Assembly (NCBI GenBank): GCA_963664435.2
Contig: CAXXKM010000003.1
Span: 896,001-960,000, forward strand
DNA length: 64,000 bases
DNA from: Longimicrobiales bacterium
GTDB taxonomy: Bacteria; Gemmatimonadota; Gemmatimonadetes; Longimicrobiales; Gaopeijiaceae
Direction of reading: 5' to 3'
Both the position numbers and the translations under genes were made by a program. This document shows, one piece after another, positions 20,574 through 30,595 of the stretch; position 1 is the stretch's first letter, and every line of letters starts with the position of its first letter. Under the pieces are notes generated by a model. It was not told the DNA's origin, did no database searches, and saw only the letters and a program-made list of their open reading frames with translations.

Positions 20574-21365
20574 ATGGACCTCGGGCTGACCGGCAGGGTC
20601 GCGCTGGTGGCCGCCTCCAGCCGCGGGCTGGGACGCGCGGTGGCGGAGGAATTCGCGCGCGAGGGGGCCCGGCTCGTGATGTGCGCCCGCGGCGCCGACG
20701 ACCTGGAGCGCACCCGCGACCGCATCGCCCGCGCCTCCGGCTCCCAACCCGTGGCCGTGGCCGCCGACCTCACCGACCCCGAGGGGGTCCGGCGCGTCAC
20801 CGACGCCGCCGCGGAGGCTTTCGGACGGGTCGACATCCTGGTCACCAACACGGGCGGCCCGCCCTCCGGCCCCTTCGAGGCGCACTCCCCCGGCGCGTGG
20901 CGCACCGCCGTCGCCCAGAACCTGGAGAGCGTCCTCAACCTGACCCGCGCCGTCCTTCCGGGCATGCGCGAGCGAGGCTGGGGCCGGATCGTCAACGTCA
21001 CCTCGATCGCGGTGAAACAGCCCGTCGACGGGCTCATCCTCTCCAACAGCGTGCGCGCCGCGGTAACCGGCTTCGCCCGCACCCTGGCCAACGAGGTGGC
21101 GCGCGAAGGCGTCACCGTGAACAACGTGATGCCCGGCTACACCCGCACCGCCCGCCTCGACTGGCTGGCCGGCCAGATCGCCGCGCGCGAGGGGATCGAC
21201 CGGGAAGCCGCGTTCGACCGCTGGGCCAGCGAAATTCCCGCCGGACGCGTGGGCGATCCCGCGGAATTCGCGGCATTGGTTACCTTTCTCGCTTCCGAGC
21301 GCGCGAGCTACATCACGGGAACCTCGATTCCCGTGGACGGCGGGTGGATCCGCGCCCTGATATGA
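20574..21365 (+). CDS. SDR family oxidoreductase
   Basis: AASSRGLG, VTNTGGP, LSNSVRAA, SYITGTSIPVDGG. Confidence 0.93.
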   Translation: MDLGLTGRVALVAASSRGLGRAVAEEFAREGARLVMCARGADDLERTRDRIARASGSQPVAVAADLTDPEGVRRVTDAAAEAFGRVDILVTNTGGPPSGPFEAHSPGAWRTAVAQNLESVLNLTRAVLPGMRERGWGRIVNVTSIAVKQPVDGLILSNSVRAAVTGFARTLANEVAREGVTVNNVMPGYTRTARLDWLAGQIAAREGIDREAAFDRWASEIPAGRVGDPAEFAALVTFLASERASYITGTSIPVDGGWIRALI

Positions 21366-21405
21366 CGCCACCGACCCCAACCTGATACCCACGACGAGAA
21401 CCCCG

Positions 21406-22332
21406 ATGGCCCTTGAGCTGCAGGAATCCGAATTCATCTGGAAGGATGGCGAGTTCATCGCCTGGGAGGACGCCCGGGTGCACCTGCTGTCCCTGGCCGT
21501 ACAGTTCGGCGTATCCCTCTTCGAGGGCATACGCTGTTACGAGGCCGGGGGACGGCGGGCCATCTTCCGTCTCGGCGCGCACATTCGCAGACTCTACAAC
21601 TCCTGCATCGTCTATCGCATGGTGCCGAAGTACACGCGGGAGGAGTACGCGCAGGCCTGCGTCGACGTGGTGGCGAAAAACGCGCTGCAGAGCTGCTACA
21701 TCCGCCCCATGGTGATCCGCGGATACGGCGCCGCCGCACTCGATCCCCGGCCCAGCCCGATCGAGTCCTACGTGGCGGCGTGGCCGCTGGACACATACCT
21801 GGGCAAGGGAGCGCTCGAGAAGGGCGTCGGCGTGAAGGTCTCCTCCTGGCAGCGGGCCGAACCCAACACCTTCCCCATGCGGGCAAAGGCGGCGGGCCAC
21901 TACAACGCCGCCATGCTCATGAAGATGGAGGCGCACGCCGACGGCTACGCCGACGCCATCGCGCTGGGCCCCAACGGCCTGGTGAGCGAAGGCAGCGGCC
22001 AGAACCTCTTCCTGGTGGCGGACGGCGAGCTGATCACTCCCATCCTCGACGGCACCTCGCTGCAGGGAATCACCCGCGACACGATCATCAAGCTGGCCGC
22101 GGAAATGGGCATCCCCTGCCGCGAGCAGCTGGTCGCCCGCGAAACCCTCTACACCTGCGACGAGCTCTTCTTCTCGGGCACCGCGTCGGAAGTGACGCCG
22201 ATCACGAGCGTGGACCGCCTCCCGGTGGGATGCGGGACGGCGGGCGAGATCACCCTGAGCATCCAGCGGCGCTTCATGGACATCGTCAAGCAGCGGGCTG
22301 AAGACCCGCATGGGTGGCTGACGCACGTGTAG
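21406..22332 (+). CDS. ilvE: Branched-chain amino acid aminotransferase (class IV)
   Basis: LFEGIRCY, YIRP, AKAAGHY, SEGSGQNLF, LQGITR, FSGTASEVTPI. Confidence 0.9.
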   Translation: MALELQESEFIWKDGEFIAWEDARVHLLSLAVQFGVSLFEGIRCYEAGGRRAIFRLGAHIRRLYNSCIVYRMVPKYTREEYAQACVDVVAKNALQSCYIRPMVIRGYGAAALDPRPSPIESYVAAWPLDTYLGKGALEKGVGVKVSSWQRAEPNTFPMRAKAAGHYNAAMLMKMEAHADGYADAIALGPNGLVSEGSGQNLFLVADGELITPILDGTSLQGITRDTIIKLAAEMGIPCREQLVARETLYTCDELFFSGTASEVTPITSVDRLPVGCGTAGEITLSIQRRFMDIVKQRAEDPHGWLTHV

Positions 22333-22402
22333 GAGCACGGTTCCCCCGGGCGCGGTCCTCCGCGCCGCGGCAGCCGCCGGCAACCGACACAAGGAGTGGG
22401 CC

Positions 22403-24361
22403 ATGACCAGCCACCCGAACCCGGAGACGGTCCTTCGCCGGCGATCCGCCGCGAACCTCGCGGCGGGCCTCATCCTCGCGGCCGCCGGCGCCACGGGCCT
22501 CCGCGCCCAGGAGCCGGACGTCCTCACCATCGACCAGCTGCTGTCCATCGAGTCGGTCGTCTCCGGCTCTCCGGCCTGGTCGCCCGACGGCTCGTCGATC
22601 CTCTTCCAGTCGTCACTCTCCGGCGGGCTGGTCACGCTCTCGCCGGACGGCGGCTTCCCCACCCGGATCCCGATCGAGATGGGCAGTTCGGGTCACTTCC
22701 TCGCGTCCCAGATGCCCGGCTGGTCACCGAAGGGCAACTGGATCTCCTACGTGTCGGACAAGGGCGGCTCGCCGGAGATCTGGATCTGGTCCACCCATGA
22801 CGGCAGGGAAATGCAGCTCACCAACCTCGGCGGGCGCATCAATTCGATGACCTGGTCGCCAGACGAGCGCTCGATCGCCTTCGCCGGCGACCGTTACGGC
22901 AACTACGACATCTGGACGGTCGAGGTCGCCACCCGCCGCGTCCGGCGCATCAGCAACGACAAGCTCTACGAGGTCTTCCCGACCTGGACCCCGGACTCGC
23001 AGCGCATCCTCTACGTGCGCCTTGACGACGCCTGGGAGGACCACGCCGTGATCGAGGTGGCCCCGGACGGGTCGGGCGCGCGCACCGTGCTCCAGGACCG
23101 CGACTTCTTCGACTACGGCGCCGGCAGTACGTTCGGCTTCCCCCGCGTCTCGCCCGACGGCAGCCAGGTCCTCTTCCGCTCGCATCGCAGCGGCTGGATC
23201 AACTACTGGCTCGCCCCGATCGAGGGCGGTGAACCGCGTCCGGTCGCCGCGGCCGAGGCCGATCAGAGCAGTGCCGTGTGGTCGCCCGACGGCCGCTCGA
23301 TCGCCTACGTCGAGAACCACAACGGCCGTCACGACCTGCGCGTGGTCCCGGCCGGCGGCGGCAGGCCCCGGGTGCTGGTGTCACCCGAGGGCGGAGTGGC
23401 GTCGGGCCCTTCGTGGTCGCCCGACAGCCGCTCGATCGCCTACCTGAAGGCCGACCTGGTGAGCCCCCAGGATCTGCATGTGGTGGCCGTGGAGGGCGGC
23501 GAGAGCCGCCCGCTCACCTTCTCCCTGCCCGCCGGAAACCTTGCCGAGCGGCTGATCCTGCCGGAGAAGGTCCACTACCCGAGCACGGACGGATACTCGA
23601 TCCCGGCCTACCTGTACCGCCCGGCGGGCGTCCCGGCGGGCGAGCGCGCACCCGGCATCCTCTGGATCCACGGCGGCCCCACCTCGCAGTTCAACGACAC
23701 CTTCCAGCAGCACGTGCAGTTCTTCGCACAACGCGGATACGCGGTGCTGCTGCCCAACATCCGCGGCAGCTCGGGCTACGGGAAGGACTTCGCCGACGCG
23801 AACAACGGCTGCTGGGGCCACTGCGACCTCGAGGACGTGCTCGCGGGCGCCGACTACCTGAGGGCGCAGCCCGAGGTCGACCCGGACCGGATCGGCCTGA
23901 CCGGGACCAGCTACGGCGGGATCATGGGCATGTACGCGGCGGCCTTCGCGCCGGACGCCTTTCGCGCCATCATCCCCGGCTCGGGCTACTCGGACTGGGT
24001 ACACTTCTATCGCAGCGAGAACGAGCTGCGCCACGTCAAGCTCCTCGAGCACGAACTGGGGCCGTTCGAGACCAGCCGGGACGTGTGGCGCAGCAGCTCG
24101 GCGATCTACGAGATCGACAAGGTCTCCACGCCGATCTTCCTGGTGCACGGCGAGGGCCGCTATCCGGGCTCGGATCAGTCCGAAATCTTCGCGCGGGCGC
24201 TCGAGAACCACTACAAGGCCTTCGAGTACACGACCTATCCGAACGAGAACTACTACGTGCGCGGCAAGGCCAACCGGCGCCAGATGCTGCTGGACATGCT
24301 CGACTTCTTCGGCCGCTTCCTGAAAGACGAGATGGTCGACGCCGGGCAGCGGATGAAGTAA
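22403..24361 (+). CDS. S9 family peptidase homolog with PD40/WD40 propeller (non-canonical catalytic residues)
   Basis: Repeated WSPDG, IHGGP, PNIRGSSGYG, GTSYGG; Asp and His positions read HGEGRYP and PNENYY. Confidence 0.88.
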   Translation: MTSHPNPETVLRRRSAANLAAGLILAAAGATGLRAQEPDVLTIDQLLSIESVVSGSPAWSPDGSSILFQSSLSGGLVTLSPDGGFPTRIPIEMGSSGHFLASQMPGWSPKGNWISYVSDKGGSPEIWIWSTHDGREMQLTNLGGRINSMTWSPDERSIAFAGDRYGNYDIWTVEVATRRVRRISNDKLYEVFPTWTPDSQRILYVRLDDAWEDHAVIEVAPDGSGARTVLQDRDFFDYGAGSTFGFPRVSPDGSQVLFRSHRSGWINYWLAPIEGGEPRPVAAAEADQSSAVWSPDGRSIAYVENHNGRHDLRVVPAGGGRPRVLVSPEGGVASGPSWSPDSRSIAYLKADLVSPQDLHVVAVEGGESRPLTFSLPAGNLAERLILPEKVHYPSTDGYSIPAYLYRPAGVPAGERAPGILWIHGGPTSQFNDTFQQHVQFFAQRGYAVLLPNIRGSSGYGKDFADANNGCWGHCDLEDVLAGADYLRAQPEVDPDRIGLTGTSYGGIMGMYAAAFAPDAFRAIIPGSGYSDWVHFYRSENELRHVKLLEHELGPFETSRDVWRSSSAIYEIDKVSTPIFLVHGEGRYPGSDQSEIFARALENHYKAFEYTTYPNENYYVRGKANRRQMLLDMLDFFGRFLKDEMVDAGQRMK

Positions 24362-24449
24362 TCGATCCGCGCGACTGGCTGACGCACGTGTGGGGACACC
24401 GGGGCAGCCATTGCCGCGGCGGTCGTGCCAGCGTCAGGCGTGCTCCCTG

Positions 24450-25154
24450 CTACCGCGGTCGCGTTCCGATCCGGTCCCAGCGTATCTCGCGGATGAACGG
24501 GAACGCCCGGTAGGAGTCCCGGTTGTAGGAGAAGTACCGGACGACGATTCGCCCCTCGAGGCGCCAGCGTTCCAGAAACCCCCAAGTGCGGGAATCGATG
24601 CTGTTGTCCCGATTGTCGCCCAGCATGAAGTAGCGGCCGTCGGGAATCACGAGCGGACCCCAGTTGTCGCGAGTCGGCAGGTAGTCCTCCCTCGGACCGC
24701 CAATCACGAACTGTCGCTGCCAAAGCATCTCGCCGGTGGATAAGTCAGGCTGGTCGGTGTGCAACACGTAAGGCTCGTCGCGGGCTACCCCGTTCACGAA
24801 CAAGGTCTTGTCCCTCATCGCCAGCGTGTCGCCAGGCATTCCCACGAGCCGCTTGACGACCTTCAACGTGTCGTCGTGGAGAGGATCGAATACCAGGATC
24901 TCCCCCCTCCGGGGCTCGGAGTAGCCGGGGATGCGAATATCCATGAACGGGATTCGCGAGCCCAGAGCAGCCTTGTTGACCCAAACGAAGTCCCCGGCCA
25001 GCAACGTGGGTTCCATCGATCCGGACGTTATGGTAAAGGCCTGCAGCGCCACTACCCGGATGGTCAGGAGGCAGAAAACCAGGCACGCGCCCCCGAGGAG
25101 CGATTGCCTCCACGACTGCCTCCGTTTCCTGATTGTCGACTTATGCCCTGGCAT
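24450..25154 (-). CDS. lepB: Signal peptidase I
   Basis: ITSGSMEPTLLAGD, VKRLVGMPGD, YFMLGDNRDNSIDSRTWGF. Confidence 0.95.
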   Translation of the reverse strand: MPGHKSTIRKRRQSWRQSLLGGACLVFCLLTIRVVALQAFTITSGSMEPTLLAGDFVWVNKAALGSRIPFMDIRIPGYSEPRRGEILVFDPLHDDTLKVVKRLVGMPGDTLAMRDKTLFVNGVARDEPYVLHTDQPDLSTGEMLWQRQFVIGGPREDYLPTRDNWGPLVIPDGRYFMLGDNRDNSIDSRTWGFLERWRLEGRIVVRYFSYNRDSYRAFPFIREIRWDRIGTRPR

Positions 25155-25250
25155 GGTGGCCAGATCGTACGGGAGCACCGCACACTGCGCAACCAGCGTC
25201 CGACCCAATCCAGGAGACGTGCGCTCCGTCCTGGGTCGCGTGAGAGCACG

Positions 25251-25298
25251 TTGACATCATGCGAACCGTCGACTACCGTTGTCTACGAAGTTCTTCGT
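25251..25298 (+). promoter_or_regulatory. Sigma70-type promoter plus palindromic operator
   Basis: TTGACA-N17-TACCGT followed by ACGAAG-TT-CTTCGT (25285-25298); similar layout upstream of blaI at 45133-45182. Confidence 0.6.
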
Positions 25299-25359
25299 CG
25301 TGATGCCGCACGCTTGGGGATGGCCCCCGGGCGTCACCGAAATGCGAGGGAGCACAGGG

Positions 25360-26647
25360 ATGACGGGAAAGCGATCGCCCCGGCGCCGGACGGCCGTCCA
25401 TGCGAGCGGTGCGTGGTCATGCGGTGTGCTGGCGCTCGTTGCCGGCTGCGGTGACAGCGGAGAGCTCCGCCCCACCGCGGCCCGGTTCGCCGACTCGGCG
25501 GGCATCGCAATCGTCACCAACTCGCCGGGCGACGCCGTCTACGCCACCATCGCCCCGGAACCGGTCCTTTCGATCGGCGCCATCGACGGCCCCGCGGAGG
25601 TGCTCTTCGGGCGCATCGCCTCGGTGGCGGTCGATGGCGCAGGCAATCTGATCGTCGCCGATGCGCAGATGGGCGAGATCCGCATCTTCGACGCGAGCGG
25701 CGCCCACCTCCAGACGATCGAGACCCCGGGAGAGGGGCCGGGCCAGTTCCGGGGGCTTGCGGATGCCTGGCCCGCGACGGACGGCGCCATCGTCGCGGTA
25801 GACAGCCAGTTCCGCCGCACCACCCGCTTCGGCCCGGAGGGCGGCCTGCTGGCAACCGCGACCTTCCAGGGCCCGGGCGACCGGCCCAGGATCCGCTCCA
25901 TCCGCCTGGCAGGACCAGGCAAGTTCCTCAGCTGGGTGGAATCCCGGAGCCTACCCTCGCTGGAGGGCGCCTTCAGCCTGGAAGACGCGCTCGAATCGAT
26001 TTCGGACCCTCTCGGAGGCAGATCCGAGTACCTGGTCCGACACGACCTGGCGGGCGCCCTGATCGACACCGTCGCAACAGTTCCCGGGCAAGCCACCCGC
26101 ACTTCAGCCCGGGGCAGTGGCACCAACATCTCGATCGAGGTCATGCGGGTACCCTTCTCGCCCGCGCCCGCAGCCACCGCCTTGCCGGACGGGCGCATGG
26201 CCGTGACCACGGGCCGGTCCCATGAGTTCTCCCTCTACGATCCAGCCGGAGCCCTCAAGCGCATCGTGCACCTGGCCGAAGAGCCGCCGGTACGCGCCGA
26301 CGCGCGCCTGGGTTCGCGGCTCCACCCGCGAACGCGAGCCCATGGACGACGTCCAGGTGGAGGCCGTCCTGCGCCGCTACCGGGAGATCCCCCTGCCCGA
26401 ACGGCTCCCCGCCTGGAGCTCGCTCCTCATCGCCGACGGAGGCGAGATCTGGGCCGGCCGCTTCGCAATGCGAGGCGCTGAGACGGTCGCCCCCGACGTG
26501 TTCGCCGCCGACGGCCGCTTCCTGGGCCAGATGGTGTCACCCGCCAGCTTTCGCATCCAGCACATCGGCGACGGCCGGCTGACCGTCATATCGACCGATG
26601 ATCTCGGCGTCGAGCGCGTAGAAGTGTACGAGCTGGACGTGCACTAA
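25360..26647 (+). pseudogene. 6-bladed beta-propeller-type lipoprotein, frameshifted near 26305
   Basis: Lipobox VAGC, DSAGIAIV, FGRIASVAVD, GEGPGQF in one frame; C-terminal half (AWVRG...DDLGVERVEVYEL) continues in another frame. Confidence 0.7.
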
Positions 26648-27086
26648 GGTAGCTCGTGGCCAAACCGCAGGGTCGAGCGGCGGAACGGCCAAGACAGTCT
26701 CATTGCGTCACCTCGCAGATCCTGACGCCGACTGGCCTGTACAGCCTGCAGAAGCGCCATCGCGCCGGAGCTTAGCAGCGCGCCGGCAATGCTGGGTCCC
26801 TATTGCCTGGGACTGCGCTCCCCCACCTACTCTCGAAGATGGCGGATCGCGTCGGTCGCTCGCGCCTTGATGGCGATTACGGCCGTACACGCTCTCCCAG
26901 GTCGGCATCGCCCGGACCGCCCGAATCCGGTTCACTGCTCACGCCCAAGACGTCGAACCATCGATCGCATTCACCGCCGATTCTTGACGCCACGGTAGCG
27001 AGGCCATCTCTTGGGCGCGGAACGTCAGGTCCACGTGCTTCACCATTTGAGCAATCAACCGCACCCGGAAGACCAGCTTATCCCTC

Positions 27087-29287
27087 ATGAGCCTCCTTTG
27101 GCTGGTCGCGATCTCAGCATTGGTGCTCTTCGCGCTGTCTCGACTGCGTCGGGGCGGGACACGTGGGCACACGACCACGCGAAGGCAAGTTGGGCGAGGC
27201 GCACACCGCCGGACCACGGCGCCGCCGAGCGACGACGGTCGCGCAATTCGAAGCCTCGCTCGTTGGGTGGCCCCTGGCGATACAGTGGTCGTGGCAGGTC
27301 GCCAGATTGGCGGAATTATCTACTTGGGTTCAACCCGGGACTCTTGGCAACCGAGCGGCGACCCGGTCATCGATCCAAGCCTACCAGTCGCAAGATATGG
27401 TTCCGACGTTGCTGGCGAGAGCATGCCATACTGGCCGAGCTACAGCGACATCGATCCGAGAGCGCGCGCGACCTACCTCGACTGGCTGGCCGGAGGCCGA
27501 TCGGACGAGAGATACAGTGTAGGGTTCGTCTTCCTCTACTTCTATGGGATTGAACGACGGTTCTTCGTGGACTCCCCGGCGGAAGAAGAGCAGCGCGTCC
27601 TCATCGCGGAAACCGAGAGGCTGCTGAGCATCTACGGGACCAATCGCTCTGTCCGAAGCTATCTGACGGCGTTTCTCGATGTTGCTCGCCTCGCGACGGA
27701 ACCGGCCCGAGCGATGGAACCTCGGTTTGAACGATCGGGCTACGGGACTCCGCTCGATATGCTTGTCGCAATCGGTCGGATGGTCAAGGCCCGCCAGCCG
27801 CTGAGCGCCGACTGGCTCCTGGGCTGGTACGCAACCGATCCACAAACCCAATTCCGTACACCGGCGAGGCGGGCCTTTCCCGAATTCAAGGCTCTCTTCG
27901 CGCAGGTCTTCGACAGCCGTTTCCCGCAGGGGCTGAAGATGCGTGAGCCGAACGGCTCCTGCGAGTAACCTATGATGCGGCGTCGGGCACCTTCTCGGCC
28001 AATCTCGGGCGTCTCTTGGGCGAGATCCCCGACATTACCGGTACGACGGTTTCACTCAGGATAGCCAAGGAAATCGCTGACGAAGCCACGGACGCTCTGG
28101 ACAAATTCAGCCGATTCCTTGGGCGGAATCCGGAGGGTCGGGACACGGTAGAAGCACACGCTCTGTTGCCACAGAGCCTTTGGGAACTATTTCCCAATGC
28201 CGAAATGGAAGATCTGCGCCACTGGGCGGAAGAGATCATCGACTCTGGCGGACTTGTGCCGGTTGAGCGGGTTGTCGAACGACTTGAGGGGACCCTGCCC
28301 GAGAAGGTCTACAAGCGCCAGCTGACCGGGGCCGCCGATGCGCTGGCGCGCCTCTCGATAGGCATGGCGCCCGATCCGCGCTTTGCGTTGCGAGGCCCAA
28401 AGGTGGGTGAGCCAGTGGTGCTCTTCCGACTGCCCGAGAGTCTGGCGGCACTGGAGGCGGTCAGCGACGACTACAGGAGGGTTCTGGTCGGAGTCGCGAT
28501 GGGTGGATTTGTCGCCCACTCCGACGGTGGCATCGCCGAGAAGGAACACGCTGCTCTGGAAGCCCGAATCGCGGCTGCCCCTGTACCGTACCCCGAGCGC
28601 CTTCGTCTTCGTGCCAACCTCAAGTGGATGCTTACCGTACCGCCGGACCTGGCCCTGCTCCGCCGCCGCCTGAAAGGGGTTGCCGAGGACATCCTCAGTG
28701 AGCTGGGCCGAGTCGCACTCGGCATGGCTGCCGTCGATGGCGTGATTGACCCCGCCGAGATTCGGGCCATCGAGGGTCTATACAAGGCCATGGGCCTGAA
28801 GCCGGAAAACCTCTACTCCGACTTGCATGCCCTCTCGGTGCAGGACGGGCCGAAGACGATCCGTCCCGCAGGTGACGAAGAACGCGCGTTCGCGATTCCG
28901 CCACCACCCGAGGAAGACAGGCGGGTAGTGCTGGACGATGGGCGTCTTGCCGCGCTTATTGCGGATACAGCACGGGTTTCCGAGCTACTTGGGGACATCT
29001 TCCAGGAGGAAGAACCCGACGAGGAGTCGCACGACGATGCGGATGGCCCCGGCGATGCCTTCGTGGGCCTGGATTCGCGGCACGCGGCCTTCCTGCGTGA
29101 GCTCGTAACGCGGAGCAACTGGGACGAGGCGGAGTATGTGGAGCTGGCGACGCGGTTCGAGTTGATGCGTGGTGGCGCCCTCGAGACCTTGAACGAATGG
29201 TCCTTCGAGCGCTTTGGAGACATGCTGATCGATGAGTACGAGGGCTACGAACTCAATCCGGAAGTCTTGGCCGAGTTGCGGCAATAG
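27087..29287 (+). pseudogene. sngA: TerB-N/TerB/TerB-C protein (Shango SngA-like), split by a 1-nt frameshift near 27951
   Basis: TerB_N motifs YWPSYSDI..RATYLDWLAGGR..GFVFLYFYGIERR in 27087-27968; TerB (AHSDGGI, AAVDGVID..E) and TerB_C (GALETLNEWSFERFGD) in 28016-29287; one added base joins the frames. Confidence 0.8.
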
Positions 29288-29296
29288 GGAGCACCG

Positions 29297-30595
29297 ATGA
29301 AGAAGACCGCGATCAAGCGACGCGAACGCGACGCCATCGTTCAGGCGCTCCGGGCGGGGGTCGTACCCAAGCTGGGATTGCGACACATCCAGGTCGGGCG
29401 GGTGCGCGAAATCGAGGAACTGGTCCGTGACCTCGACCGGAACTGTGATGGGGGAGCTGCGATCCGCTTTGTGATCGGCGAGTACGGGTCGGGTAAGACC
29501 TTTTTCCTCAACCTGATTCGTCTGATCGCGCTGGAAAAGGGAATGGTGGTTCTGTCGGCGGACCTGACACCTGACCGACGGCTCCAGGCCACGGGTGGCC
29601 AGGCGCGGTCACTCTATGCCGAGATGGCGCGGAATGCTTCCACCCGCACCAAGCTCGATGGCGGTGCCATGGGTTCGGTCGTTGAGAGATTCGCCAGCCA
29701 AGCAGTCCATACGGCGGAGAATACCGGCCGGGAGCCCGTAGCGGTGATTCGCGAGAAACTCGCCCATCTGCAGGAACTGACCGGGGGCTATGACTTCGCA
29801 GAGGTCATAGCTCGCTACTGGGAGGGCTTCGATACCGGTAACGAGAAACTCTGCTCCGCTGCGCTTCGTTGGCTCAGGGCGGAGTACTCGACGAAAACTG
29901 AAGCGCGCAAGGCACTCGGCGTCCGAACCATAATCAGTGACGCCAACATTTACGACCAGCTGAAGCTGCTGGCCTCGTTTGTGCGAGAAGCCGGCTACCA
30001 GGGATTGCTTGTCTCACTCGACGAGTTGGTCAACCTCTACAAGCTGACATCTTCCCAGGCCCGGAAAGGGAACTTCGAGCAGATCCTGCGCATCCTCAAC
30101 GACGTGCTTCAGGGCACCACGAGTCACCTCGGGTTCATCCTGGCCGGGACGCCCGAGTTCCTGATGGACACCCGTCGTGGCCTTTACAGCTACGAGGCTC
30201 TGCAGTCCAGGCTGACGGAGAATCCGTTTGCCCAGGGCGGACTCGTCGACCTGTCGGGGCCCGTAGTCCGCCTGGCCAACCTGACGCAGGAGGACATCTA
30301 CGTCCTCCTAGTCAACATCCGCCGGGTGATGCAGGGGGATGATGCCACCCTGCCGGATCGTGCACTCACGGCCTTCATGACGCACTGCTCCGAGCGCATT
30401 GGAGATGCCTATTTTCGGACTCCCCGCAATACCGTCACGGCTTTCGTGAATCTTCTCGCCGTGCTTGAACAGAACCCAGGTGCGGATTGGCAAACTCTGA
30501 TCGGCTCGGTGAACCTGTCCCAAGACCATGGGGATGACACGAGCGAGATTTCGGATGACGGGTCGCACGATGAGTTCGCCACATTCAAACTCTGA
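29297..30595 (+). CDS. sngB: DUF2791/BrxD-like P-loop ATPase (Shango system)
   Basis: QALRAGVVPKLGL..IQVGR, Walker A GEYGSGKTFF, LDELVNLYKL, GLYSYEALQSRL; symbol assigned by gene order. Confidence 0.88.
   Translation: MKKTAIKRRERDAIVQALRAGVVPKLGLRHIQVGRVREIEELVRDLDRNCDGGAAIRFVIGEYGSGKTFFLNLIRLIALEKGMVVLSADLTPDRRLQATGGQARSLYAEMARNASTRTKLDGGAMGSVVERFASQAVHTAENTGREPVAVIREKLAHLQELTGGYDFAEVIARYWEGFDTGNEKLCSAALRWLRAEYSTKTEARKALGVRTIISDANIYDQLKLLASFVREAGYQGLLVSLDELVNLYKLTSSQARKGNFEQILRILNDVLQGTTSHLGFILAGTPEFLMDTRRGLYSYEALQSRLTENPFAQGGLVDLSGPVVRLANLTQEDIYVLLVNIRRVMQGDDATLPDRALTAFMTHCSERIGDAYFRTPRNTVTAFVNLLAVLEQNPGADWQTLIGSVNLSQDHGDDTSEISDDGSHDEFATFKL

Noticed and set aside
27087..29287. Tellurite-resistance operon or programmed frameshift
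   Set aside because: No other ter genes, and no slippery sequence at the junction.
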